Shown here: piece after piece, positions 25,176-33,949 of the stretch
How positions within the stretch are numbered: position 1 is the stretch's first letter
Layout: each line of letters opens with the position of its first letter
Virus record (IMG/VR): IMGVR_UViG_3300042453_005121
Location: 86,763-150,762 of that record
DNA from: a virus
Reading direction: 5' to 3' (one strand)
Length of the DNA: 64,000 nucleotides
Made by a program: the position numbers and the translations under genes
The notes under the pieces: generated by a model
Database searches by the model: none
Seen by the model: only the letters and a program-made list of their open reading frames with translations
What the model was told of the DNA's origin: nothing

Positions 25176-26071
25176 GACAAACTCTTCAAATAATCATCCA
25201 GATTCACCTTGGGTTCCCACCCCAAAATCCTTCTGGATTTGGATATGTCGGCGAGGGTTTCTCTCATTTCGCCGGGTCTTTGTGGTATGAATTCAATGTT
25301 GTCGGACATGGTTTTGGCTATTTCCAAAACCGAGTTATTCTTTCCAGTTCCGACATTGAAGACGGTGCCGAAATACTCATCGTCAATATCCTTTGTGGAC
25401 GCCAACACATTTGCCTCCACAACATCGGAAACATTCGTGAAATCACGACGCTGCAGTCCGTCTCCCACAACTGTCAGTGGTTGTCCATTTGCCCTTTGTC
25501 TCTTGAAAATGCCGATGACGGGAGCGTATTGTCCCTTGGTTGGTTCTCCATTTCCGTAAATGTTGAAGTATCTGAAAATGATAGTTTTCAGACCAAACAA
25601 GGAAGTGTACATTGAGCACAATTTTTCCCCCGAAACCTTGGATACGGAATAGGGATTGAGAGGATCGTCCGGCTGAGATTCTTTATTGGGAACAGGGTTG
25701 TTTCCGTAAGCGGAAGAGGTCGATGAATACATCAATCTTTTTATGCCGTTGATTCTGCTGCATTGGAGGATGTTCGCCGTACCGAGAGAATTTGTCCTAA
25801 CGGCCTTAACTGGATTCTCTATGGTCGGTCCAATTCTAGATTCTGCCGCCAAATGAAAGACATAGTCCACTCCTTTGAACAAAGGCGAAATTGAATTCAT
25901 TTCTGCTATGTCAATTTTATGATTTGAGCAGGACGGATTCCAGTTGAATGTGTCCGTGGAGTTGGAGGATTCGTCGTCAATGCAAATCACTTCATGCCCC
26001 GTAAGCAACAATCTGTCTATAAGATTTGACCCTATGAAACCCGCCCCGCCCGTAACCAGACTCTTTGTCAT
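25172..26071 (-). CDS. NAD-dependent nucleotide-sugar epimerase/dehydratase (extended SDR)
   Basis: TGGAGFIG, SSTSSAYG, YSVSK, RYFNIYG. Confidence 0.92.
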   Translation of the reverse strand: MTKSLVTGGAGFIGSNLIDRLLLTGHEVICIDDESSNSTDTFNWNPSCSNHKIDIAEMNSISPLFKGVDYVFHLAAESRIGPTIENPVKAVRTNSLGTANILQCSRINGIKRLMYSSTSSAYGNNPVPNKESQPDDPLNPYSVSKVSGEKLCSMYTSLFGLKTIIFRYFNIYGNGEPTKGQYAPVIGIFKRQRANGQPLTVVGDGLQRRDFTNVSDVVEANVLASTKDIDDEYFGTVFNVGTGKNNSVLEIAKTMSDNIEFIPQRPGEMRETLADISKSRRILGWEPKVNLDDYLKSLS

Positions 26072-26072
26072 G

Positions 26073-26753
26073 TTAAATTCTTTCGTTTGAAAATTCCTGA
26101 GTGAAAAATTGCTCCACGAATGGAGTTATCGCAGACCTGTAATATATCTTGTCGAAATCAAATGGAATGTCGTCTCCGTAAATTTTTTTGACCCAAGGAG
26201 AAAGAAGCAGGTAGAAATATGATATTTCTCCGTTCGCACTCCACCTCTCAAGATTTTTTTTGTTCGCCGAGAAGGAATCGTAGTCCAATAAATTTTTGGA
26301 TTCCATGAAAAATCGTGTATTTTTGAGTTCAGTTATGACCTTTGATTCTTTGGTTGAAACTCCGATCTGATCAGATGTGAGAGCCTTGTTCAATTTCTTT
26401 CGGTACATTTTCTGCCATATTTTCCATCTCTTCCATGCCTTTTCGCCGACCAAGCAGTGGGGTTCTATCAACGCATGAATGTCTCCCTCTTTTATTGATT
26501 TCAATATTTGAATTTGCGACCGCACATATGTTCTGAGGTCCTTGTCTTCCAGAACTCCCTTCATTTCCCGGGCGAGTTTGTAGCAATATTTGAAAAGAGT
26601 TGATTTTCTAGGGTCGGTGTTTTTCTTGAGTTTCGCGAAAGATTCCTTTGGAATCTCTCTCCGACATTCTTCCTCCCAGATTATGGCGATCTTGAAGGCT
26701 TTCGCCTCCATATCGTTCATCTTGTATTTGATGATCGGTTCAAGTTCGCTCAT
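26073..26753 (-). CDS. Hypothetical protein; weak resemblance to T4 gp59 helicase loader
   Basis: 226 aa from MSELEP, basic and helical-looking. The gp59 resemblance is by eye only. Confidence 0.45.
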   Translation of the reverse strand: MSELEPIIKYKMNDMEAKAFKIAIIWEEECRREIPKESFAKLKKNTDPRKSTLFKYCYKLAREMKGVLEDKDLRTYVRSQIQILKSIKEGDIHALIEPHCLVGEKAWKRWKIWQKMYRKKLNKALTSDQIGVSTKESKVITELKNTRFFMESKNLLDYDSFSANKKNLERWSANGEISYFYLLLSPWVKKIYGDDIPFDFDKIYYRSAITPFVEQFFTQEFSNERI

Positions 26754-26762
26754 TTTCCCGTA

Positions 26763-26790
26763 TTGCAAAATGCTCATGTGTAGGTATGAT
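26763..26790 (+). promoter_or_regulatory. Sigma70-type promoter firing into the structured non-coding element
   Basis: TTGCAA-16 nt-TATGAT. Confidence 0.5.
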
Positions 26791-26864
26791 CTGTTTCCGG
26801 AAACTTGAACTAATATAACCTGAAACCTGAAAACGAACAACTGTAGAACATTTGCGGTGAGATG

Positions 26865-27180
26865 CTGCTTGATTTTTCGGGGGGACCCGAACCATGCCAG
26901 TTAGAAACTCCTGGTAGTCGTCCTAAGCGTTGTGTCGAGAGGCACATGAGGTAAACCAATAACAAAGGGCTGTATCAGTCTCGCGAAAGACTTTTTGGCT
27001 AGGCGAAAGCCGTGCGTTTTTCCCGTGAAACCCGACAGTAGTTTGATCTGTCAAGGGGCCTGGGTCACGGTCCATAATGGACAAAAAATCAATAAAGTCG
27101 TATAAGCGGATATGAAGGACGGGAAGTAGGCGGTCAAGCAGAAAAGACGGAATGTCCGAACTGAGGACTGAACTCGTCTG
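26865..27180 (+). ncRNA. Putative large structured non-coding RNA, family not recognised
   Basis: No ORF of 60 aa or more. Closing stem CTGCTTGA/TCAAGCAG. GNRA-capped hairpins TTCGGG-GGGA-CCCGAA, TGTGTC-GAGA-GGCACA and GGC-GAAA-GCC. Additional stems AGTCT/AGACT, CCGTGA/TCACGG, GACAG/CTGTC and GTCCA/TGGAC. Confidence 0.65.
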
Positions 27181-27189
27181 AGATTTTCG

Positions 27190-27254
27190 GTTATCTAGAG
27201 TATATTCTAGATAACTATAATCTTAAGATTAGTAGGGTCCAAAGGGAAGGACCC
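27190..27254. repeat. Cluster of inverted repeats/palindromes
   Basis: GTTATCTAGA-N6-TCTAGATAAC (27190-27215), TAATCTTAAGATTA (27218-27231), GGGTCC-N8-GGACCC (27235-27254). Confidence 0.85.
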
Positions 27255-27283
27255 CCTTCTATAAACACATAATTGGATAATGC

Positions 27284-27487
27284 ATGAACACAGATCATTT
27301 GGTCCCAAAAAGTCCTAGTAAAAGCAATAAAGATGGTAGAACTACCGACAAGAAACTCAAACGGTATCTCAGGAGGATATCCGATAGAAAAGGAATATCT
27401 TACAAGGAGGCAATTTTAAAGTTTTATGGGGTTGAATCATTGAAAAAACTAGATGAACGACTGGTTCATTCTCTTTTCAAAGATTGA
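27284..27487 (+). CDS. Small basic hypothetical protein
   Basis: 67 aa. The NTDHLVPKS start resembles an HNH fragment. Confidence 0.4.
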   Translation: MNTDHLVPKSPSKSNKDGRTTDKKLKRYLRRISDRKGISYKEAILKFYGVESLKKLDERLVHSLFKD

Positions 27488-27525
27488 GATGGATTGTTCT
27501 AGAAAAACATGTAGAATGATTTTCA

Positions 27526-28836
27526 ATGACCGATTTTGTTGAATTCCTGCCGCGTCTCAAGGGCAAGGACGTATACTTCAGCCTGAACAAGGAAAATCCG
27601 GACTGGAACGAGTCGGTTGGCGTTGAGCTTTCCTTTCGTCACGGCGGAGAGTCGCTGACGTTGTCCTTGGATGACGTGGATCAGTCTTCTTACCTCGCCT
27701 CTTCTCTTCATCATGTTCTGGACGGCGGAAACGCGCTGATCTCTTGGTGCGCCAAGGATGTTTTTTCTTTTTTGAAGGGCCGCACCGGAATCGGATTGGA
27801 GCTGAAAGGGAAAATTTATGATCTTTCCGTCATATCTTCGTATCTCGGAATGGAGGCGGACAAGCCAAAGACGTTCAGGGAGGCTGTTGCTCTCCTGAAG
27901 TCCTGTTTGTCCGATCCCGGCTGGGAGCAATTCAAGTCTTTTTATTTCGGAGTATATGAACCACTTTTTTCTGAGGTTCTTCCCGAAATAGAGACGTGCT
28001 GTCTCGTGGACAACAAGAGAAGGAGTTGCGTCTACGCCACCTACGTGATTGAAGGTCAGGTGAACGGAAGACTCAGGACCGTCAAGACAGGGCGGAATTC
28101 TTACAATCCTCATTCAATGGGTCCTGACGACAAGCGTGATATCAGGCCACAGGACTACGACGACGTTTTTTTGTATTTTGACTACCGAAACATGGAGGTC
28201 AACGTCCTTCAATGGCTGTCGGGAGACGGGGATTTGGCAAGAGTGCTGGAGTCCGGTTCTGATCCATACAAGGAGATATGGCGGATCATCACCCGGCAGG
28301 AGCCCACAGAAGGCCACAGAAAGATATGTAAGGACATATTCCTGCCCGTGGTATTCGGTCAAGGCAAATCTTCCTTGGCGGCCAAATTGAAAATTTCGGA
28401 AGAAATTGCTTCCAGACTCATACATAGCCTTGGTAAGACATTTCCCGTTGCCTTTGACTGGGTCAACTCCCAGTCAACCAATGGCAACAACACGGCGACT
28501 GACGCCTTCGGCCGCAAAAGGACTTTTGACGGCCGGGAGCAGTACAAAGTTAAAAACTTTTGTATCCAGTCCCCAGCGAGCATGATCTGTTTGAGAAAAC
28601 TTGTGCGTCTTCACGAGGCTCTGGCCTCTAGGGCGAGCATATGTTTTCACGTACATGATGGATATTACGTCCTTTGCAAGAAAAGCGAAATCAATTCAAT
28701 TGCGGAACTCGGAATCAGAACTCTCGAGGAGGACGATTCCATGTTTCCGGGTCTCGCAATGCGTGTCTCCTGCAGGGCGGGAGACAGGTTGGATGACATG
28801 CGTTCTATAACACTAACAAAAAGGGTTTCAATATGA
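27526..28836 (+). CDS. Minimal/degenerate family A DNA polymerase
   Basis: VNGRL, motif A FDYRNMEV, motif B RKICKDIFLPVVFG, NFCIQSPAS, motif C VHDG. Only 436 aa. Confidence 0.8.
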   Translation: MTDFVEFLPRLKGKDVYFSLNKENPDWNESVGVELSFRHGGESLTLSLDDVDQSSYLASSLHHVLDGGNALISWCAKDVFSFLKGRTGIGLELKGKIYDLSVISSYLGMEADKPKTFREAVALLKSCLSDPGWEQFKSFYFGVYEPLFSEVLPEIETCCLVDNKRRSCVYATYVIEGQVNGRLRTVKTGRNSYNPHSMGPDDKRDIRPQDYDDVFLYFDYRNMEVNVLQWLSGDGDLARVLESGSDPYKEIWRIITRQEPTEGHRKICKDIFLPVVFGQGKSSLAAKLKISEEIASRLIHSLGKTFPVAFDWVNSQSTNGNNTATDAFGRKRTFDGREQYKVKNFCIQSPASMICLRKLVRLHEALASRASICFHVHDGYYVLCKKSEINSIAELGIRTLEEDDSMFPGLAMRVSCRAGDRLDDMRSITLTKRVSI

Positions 28837-29387
28837 AGATACACGATTCTTTCCCCGTGACAGAGGAGGAGTACCTCCTTCTAGACAGCAAGTTCGGCGA
28901 ACTTTGCGAGTATCAGGCTTGGCAACTCATAAAGAAGAACACGAGAAACAACCACACCGACAATCAAGAGGACATAGCCCAGGACATGCGGATAGCTTTG
29001 TTGCGGGCGGCGTCCTACTACAAGCGGCAGTGCTACATAGAAGCCTGCATTGATTTGTGCAAGAAGCATGCGAAAGACCCAGTCATAAAGTCTGTTGTGA
29101 AGCAACTCGCCAACCTGTGGAAGAACAAGACCAGACACGGAGCCAATAAGCAGAAATTTGGACCTCACCAAGAAAAGATGCTTGACAAGATCGTGAGGGT
29201 TCTGCTTCCCATCAAGGAACGGCCCGACAAGAAGGCCTCGCTCAGGATAGACACCAAGTTCACGACTTATTGCAAGGCCATAACATGGAATGCGCAGAAG
29301 TCGCTCGGCAAGAGGATAACGAGGGAGAAGGGCATACGGACCGGAATGGTTTCTTTGTCCGAATATGATTATCTGGGCGGTAATTGA
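28833..29387 (+). CDS. Putative phage sigma-factor-like protein
   Basis: EDIAQDMRIALLRAA and KFTTYCKAITWNA resemble sigma70 regions 2.2 and 2.3. 184 aa. Confidence 0.45.
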   Translation: MKIHDSFPVTEEEYLLLDSKFGELCEYQAWQLIKKNTRNNHTDNQEDIAQDMRIALLRAASYYKRQCYIEACIDLCKKHAKDPVIKSVVKQLANLWKNKTRHGANKQKFGPHQEKMLDKIVRVLLPIKERPDKKASLRIDTKFTTYCKAITWNAQKSLGKRITREKGIRTGMVSLSEYDYLGGN

Positions 29388-29423
29388 TATATAACTGATG
29401 GCTTTTGACCAAGGAGGTCAACC

Positions 29424-29816
29424 ATGCAGAGACGGATTTTTTTGGTGGTCGGCGGAGTTTTGGCCGCCGAGTGCATTGCCGGTGAACCGACGAAGGCCAT
29501 TGCTTTGGATATTAATTCCTACGAGAGCGCAGTTAGATTTGCCAAGGATTCTGGCGGCCGGGCATATGTGCTCTTCGTCGGAAGCCGGTGCGATTGGTGC
29601 GAACGTCAGAAAGAGATTATGGAGGATAGTAGGGTCATAGACGCATTGAAGCCTTTCTTTGTCGCTTATGTGAATGTTTCGGAGAACAAGGATGTTTCAA
29701 GGTTTCATAAGGTGAGGGTGGTTCCCACGCATATGATTTTGGATCAGGAGGGCGAGGTCGTGAAAAGATTTCAAGGTTATCAGGACGCGAAAGAATTTTT
29801 GGAGTGGATCGGCTAA
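29424..29816 (+). CDS. Exported thioredoxin-fold protein
   Basis: CDWC active site, VVPT cis-Pro loop, RRIFL plus hydrophobic signal. AAGGAGG SD. Confidence 0.8.
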   Translation: MQRRIFLVVGGVLAAECIAGEPTKAIALDINSYESAVRFAKDSGGRAYVLFVGSRCDWCERQKEIMEDSRVIDALKPFFVAYVNVSENKDVSRFHKVRVVPTHMILDQEGEVVKRFQGYQDAKEFLEWIG

Positions 29817-30091
29817 TCCCAGTGTTCGTTTCCGTTTTCGTCAAAGTAATGCAGAATCCATCCGGAAGTTGAATAGTATTTTCTGTCAACCTTGATTTTG
29901 CCGCTGTGTATTTTTCTATGGCAACTTGAGCAAGCCACGACCGTGTTGAGTTCAACGTACTCGCCGCCTTGTTCTCCGGGGACGATCCGATGCACGTCCA
30001 GAGTGCAGTATTCATCCGTGCCGCAGAATTTGCACCTCTTGTCGGTCTTCTTCTTGTTTGCCTTGTTGATCAACTTTTTCTTTCTCGGCAT
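29813..30091 (-). CDS. HNH endonuclease-family protein
   Basis: CKFC...DVHRI.PG..GG...N...CSSCHRKIH. Confidence 0.75.
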   Translation of the reverse strand: MPRKKKLINKANKKKTDKRCKFCGTDEYCTLDVHRIVPGEQGGEYVELNTVVACSSCHRKIHSGKIKVDRKYYSTSGWILHYFDENGNEHWD

Positions 30092-30151
30092 CCAATAAAC
30101 TAGCGTTGTCTTCATAATAAGAATATTGTATATTGAACCGGGAGCCATAAC

Positions 30152-31186
30152 ATGAGAATTGAAAACGACATAAAACTTGACTATTCCGACGTGCTCATAT
30201 GTCCCAAGCGATCCGAGTCGCCAAGTCGCAGGAATGTGGTTCTAGAGCGAAGGTTCAAATTTTTGAATTCGCGTGCGGAGTGGGAGGGGGTTCCCATTGT
30301 CGCGGCCAATATGGCGAACGTGGGCACATTTGGAATGGCCAAGGCCCTCGCGGGATTCAATATGCCGGCTTGTCTTCACAAGCATTATGAAATTGATCGT
30401 TTGGTTAAATTTTTTTCCGAAAACACTGCCTTTTATGCGATGGGCATCAAGGATGAAGATTTGACAAAGTTTCATGAATTTGTCAGATCGTTCGGACGTA
30501 ATCCGGATATGATATGTCTTGATGTGGCAAACGGATACACGAGGCATTTCGTGGATCACTGCAAGAAAATCAGAGACAAATGTCCCGGATCAATATTGAT
30601 GGCCGGGAATGTCTGTACCCCCGAGATGGTCCAAGAACTTCTTCTTGCTGGCGGCGTGGATATTGTGAAGATAGGCATAGGTCCGGGATCGGCGTGTACG
30701 ACAAGAGTTGTCACGGGCGTAGGATTCCCGCAATTTTCTAGCACGATAGAGTGTTCGGATGCCGCCCACGGTCTCAAGGGTCATATAGTAGCCGACGGTG
30801 GCTGCACGACTCCTGGAGACGTCGCCAAGGCCTTCGGTGCGGGGGCTGATTTTGTTATGCTCGGAGGCATGTTTGCCGGTCACGATGAATGTGAGGCGGA
30901 TTGGGAGTATGATTCTGCCGGAGAAAAAACATTCATGCGGTTCTACGGAATGAGCAGCAGGGAAGCCATGGAGAAATTCAATGGGGGCGTTGCCGGATAC
31001 CGGGCTGCCGAAGGCAGGTCTGCCAAGGTTCCGTATCGCGGACCTGTGGAGTCTACGGTTCAAGAAATACTCGGAGGTCTGAGGAGTGCCTGTACTTACG
31101 TGGGTACTGAAAGCCTCAAGGACTTCAGCAAGTGCTGCAAATTCGTCAGGGTCAACAACACTCACAACAGAATATTTGAGAACTGA
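30152..31186 (+). CDS. guaC: GMP reductase
   Basis: MRIENDIKLDYSDVL, DVANGY, GIGPGSACTTR, ADGG, FYGMSS. No CBS domains. Confidence 0.93.
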   Translation: MRIENDIKLDYSDVLICPKRSESPSRRNVVLERRFKFLNSRAEWEGVPIVAANMANVGTFGMAKALAGFNMPACLHKHYEIDRLVKFFSENTAFYAMGIKDEDLTKFHEFVRSFGRNPDMICLDVANGYTRHFVDHCKKIRDKCPGSILMAGNVCTPEMVQELLLAGGVDIVKIGIGPGSACTTRVVTGVGFPQFSSTIECSDAAHGLKGHIVADGGCTTPGDVAKAFGAGADFVMLGGMFAGHDECEADWEYDSAGEKTFMRFYGMSSREAMEKFNGGVAGYRAAEGRSAKVPYRGPVESTVQEILGGLRSACTYVGTESLKDFSKCCKFVRVNNTHNRIFEN

Positions 31187-31213
31187 TCGCCGCTCCCTCA
31201 ATTAGGATCGTAC

Positions 31214-32821
31214 ATGGAAGAAATTGAAATTGAAGAGGGCGATCTTACTCCCGAAGAGCGGTCTGAACTGGACAGGCTCACCAAGGAGGCCGAGTCCTCC
31301 GAGAAGTACAAGTGGGATGAGGAGTTCCAGCGCACCATAGTTGGACTTCTGCTGAATGACAGGTGGTTTGCGACCCAGTGCAGGGACCTCATCCTGCCTT
31401 CTTATTTTCTTGATGAGCGACACCAGATCGTGTGCAAGGTTCTGTTTGACCACATGGAGTCCTACAACACGATCCCGACCCGCGTGCAGGTGATGCAGGG
31501 CGTTAAGGACAGGGTGTCCCACAAGAGCGACAATGTAATTTTGGAGTACGTGGCCGAGGCCGAACTGATATATAAGAAATTTGTGCCGGGCCTCGACAGT
31601 CGAGAGTATTTTCTGGACAAGATCGTCAACTTCGCAAAGTTGATGGGACTCAAGACCGCGTTTGATCAGTCGCTCGGCCTCATAAAGCGCGATCCCGAGA
31701 GCGAGTCGACCTGGACCAAGATACAAGACATCCTGAAGACGGCCTTGCTAGTTGATCGCAATTTTGAGGAGGGGTTGAATTACTTTGACACCTTTGAAGA
31801 GCGGTATGCGAGGATGCAGCAGGAGGAGCAGGCGAGGGAGAGGTTCACCAGTGGATTTGAGGCCATAGACGACGCTCTCCTCGGGGGAGGATGCCACAGG
31901 GGCGAGATATATTCATGGATAGGACTCAGTGGCAGCGGCAAGTCGCTTGCTCTCGTGGGGGCCGCCCTCAAGAACGTGACTCAACTCGGAAAGAAGGTTC
32001 TTTATATATCCTTGGAGATGGGTGAGGATTCCATAGCCGAGAGATTTGACGCTCAGATCGCGGGTGTGGACATCAATAAACTTCAGGAGATGAAGGATAG
32101 GGTCAAGGCGGCATTTGATGATTTTACCCATGACAAAGACGACCGCAGGATGCTCGTCATCAAGCAGTTCCCTGCGGGAAGCATGACTGTGGCCACCCTC
32201 AAAGCCTACATGCAGCAACTTCAGATGATGGGCTTCACGCCCGACTTGCTCGTCATAGACTACATCGGTGAAATGAAAGATTATCCGGGCATCCCCACGT
32301 ACGAGTCCAGATATAGGATTGTGCGAGATTTAAGAGGCTTGGCGACCGAAGACAATATCTGCATATTCACGGCCATGCAGCCCAACAAGGACGCGAGAGA
32401 GGCGCAGAAGAAGGACGGCTTGGGTGACGGCGTCATAGACGACACAAATCTCGCCGACTCCTACGGCCAGATCAGGCCCTTGGACGGGTGTTGGAGCATC
32501 AACCAGATGCAGGCCGAGAAGGAGGCCGGCATCGCGAGAATATTCGTGATCAAGCACCGTCACGGAAAGAGCAGGTTTACCTGTTGGGCGAGGTTCAACA
32601 AAGAAACCCTGCAGATGAAGCAGATCAGCGAGTTGGAATACAACAAAATATGGCGTGAATACTCTTTCAAGAAGACCGACAGGGCTGCCGACGTAGACGC
32701 CCAAGCGGACATGCTCGCTGCCAAATTGAAGAAGAGCAAGAAAAAATTCAGCGATGACATGGGATACGACGATCCCGATTCGCCCGACGTACAACCAACC
32801 TTGGAGAATAATGATGAATGA
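31214..32821 (+). CDS. Replicative DnaB-like helicase (T4 gp41-like)
   Basis: GLSGSGKS, YISLEM, IDY, TAMQ, KHRHG. Confidence 0.9.
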   Translation: MEEIEIEEGDLTPEERSELDRLTKEAESSEKYKWDEEFQRTIVGLLLNDRWFATQCRDLILPSYFLDERHQIVCKVLFDHMESYNTIPTRVQVMQGVKDRVSHKSDNVILEYVAEAELIYKKFVPGLDSREYFLDKIVNFAKLMGLKTAFDQSLGLIKRDPESESTWTKIQDILKTALLVDRNFEEGLNYFDTFEERYARMQQEEQARERFTSGFEAIDDALLGGGCHRGEIYSWIGLSGSGKSLALVGAALKNVTQLGKKVLYISLEMGEDSIAERFDAQIAGVDINKLQEMKDRVKAAFDDFTHDKDDRRMLVIKQFPAGSMTVATLKAYMQQLQMMGFTPDLLVIDYIGEMKDYPGIPTYESRYRIVRDLRGLATEDNICIFTAMQPNKDAREAQKKDGLGDGVIDDTNLADSYGQIRPLDGCWSINQMQAEKEAGIARIFVIKHRHGKSRFTCWARFNKETLQMKQISELEYNKIWREYSFKKTDRAADVDAQADMLAAKLKKSKKKFSDDMGYDDPDSPDVQPTLENNDE

Positions 32822-33338
32822 ATTGAACAAACTGATTCCTCAGTCCGACATTGACGCGATGAACCCCCACGCCCAGACCACCATCAAGATCGGTGGTCAG
32901 GAGGTGGTGTTGGACAACTCGAGACTGGCCTTCAACGAGGTCAGCCTCAATAATTTCATGGAGAATCTCGCACTTTGGTACGACTACTTCAGCCAGAAAC
33001 TCGCCGAGGCCGAGGCCATACTCTCCTACAAGGAGTACGAGTACGACGTTCTCTTCTCGGCTGCGTACGAGAGGAGCAAGGAAGGAGGCTGCACCGACAA
33101 GCTCGCCGAGGCCAACGCCAAGAAGGAGCCCAACGTGTGCGATGCAAAGAAGGAGATCATTGGTGCCAAGCACAAGGTCACCCTGCTCAAGCAGCACCTG
33201 AAGTCATGGGACAAGGCCCACGAGAACGCGATGAGCCGGGGGCACATGATCAGGAAAGAGATGGACAAGCTCAACACGGACATAGTGTTCAAGAGCAGGG
33301 ACGATCAGGTTTCCGGCATAGTCGGCCGGCACGGCTGA
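32811..33338 (+). CDS. Putative recombination mediator (UvsY-like)
   Basis: Helical protein of about 175 aa in the replication cluster. Similarity judged by eye. Confidence 0.45.
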   Translation: MMNELNKLIPQSDIDAMNPHAQTTIKIGGQEVVLDNSRLAFNEVSLNNFMENLALWYDYFSQKLAEAEAILSYKEYEYDVLFSAAYERSKEGGCTDKLAEANAKKEPNVCDAKKEIIGAKHKVTLLKQHLKSWDKAHENAMSRGHMIRKEMDKLNTDIVFKSRDDQVSGIVGRHG

Positions 33339-33922
33339 TGAACTACTTAGTAGACCCCCAGAACATAACGAAGTTTGACTGCGACGAGCAGGAACTTCAG
33401 TTGTTGATTCTTTTCTGGATATGTGCGGCGGGCAAGAAGGCGACCACTGCGGCCGCGAACCTTTGTCGAATTCTTGAGCGTGGCCGTTCCTTGTTCGGGG
33501 TTGAAGAACCGTTTGAGATCATAAGCAGATTCGGTCCGGACTTGGCGGAGACCATGAGGACCCACGGCATCGGATGCTACAACAACAAAAGTAGGTCCAT
33601 GCTGGACCTCGTAGACAAGGGGCTTGATCTTTCCTCCTGTTCTGTGGCTGATCTGGAGCACGTCGTCGGCATCGGTCCAAAGACGGCCAGGTGCTTCGTC
33701 ATGCACAGCAGGAGGAACGTGAGGCACGCCGGTCTGGACACGCACGTCTTGAAGTACATGAGAGAAAGGGGCCTTGAGGTACCCAAGTCAACACCCACGG
33801 GACGTAAGTATCTGGAGATAGAGAAAAAATTCATTGAGATGGCGGATTCGTCCGGGAAAACTATTGCTGAATTTGACCTAGAGATATGGAGGAGATACAG
33901 CTCAAAATCAAGGAGTGAATAG
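33338..33922 (+). CDS. HhH DNA glycosylase/lyase (Ogg2-like 8-oxoguanine glycosylase)
   Basis: GIGPKTA HhH with catalytic K, LDTH, KYLEIE, FDLEIW. Start at the ATG overlapping the upstream TGA. Confidence 0.75.
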   Translation: MNYLVDPQNITKFDCDEQELQLLILFWICAAGKKATTAAANLCRILERGRSLFGVEEPFEIISRFGPDLAETMRTHGIGCYNNKSRSMLDLVDKGLDLSSCSVADLEHVVGIGPKTARCFVMHSRRNVRHAGLDTHVLKYMRERGLEVPKSTPTGRKYLEIEKKFIEMADSSGKTIAEFDLEIWRRYSSKSRSE

Positions 33923-33949
33923 TATCTCATCCGGTCACTAGATTATTTT

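Noticed and set aside
26865-27180. tmRNA, RNase P RNA, tRNA or self-splicing intron identity for the structured element
   Set aside because: I found no tRNA-like acceptor/T-arm ends, no RNase P GAGGAAAGUCC motif and no interrupted gene around it. It is left as unknown pending cmscan.
32975-33337. N-terminal 121 aa of the 315-aa ORF in the track
   Set aside because: It overlaps the UvsY-like gene out of frame. The glycosylase starts at the ATG at 33338, which overlaps the upstream stop.
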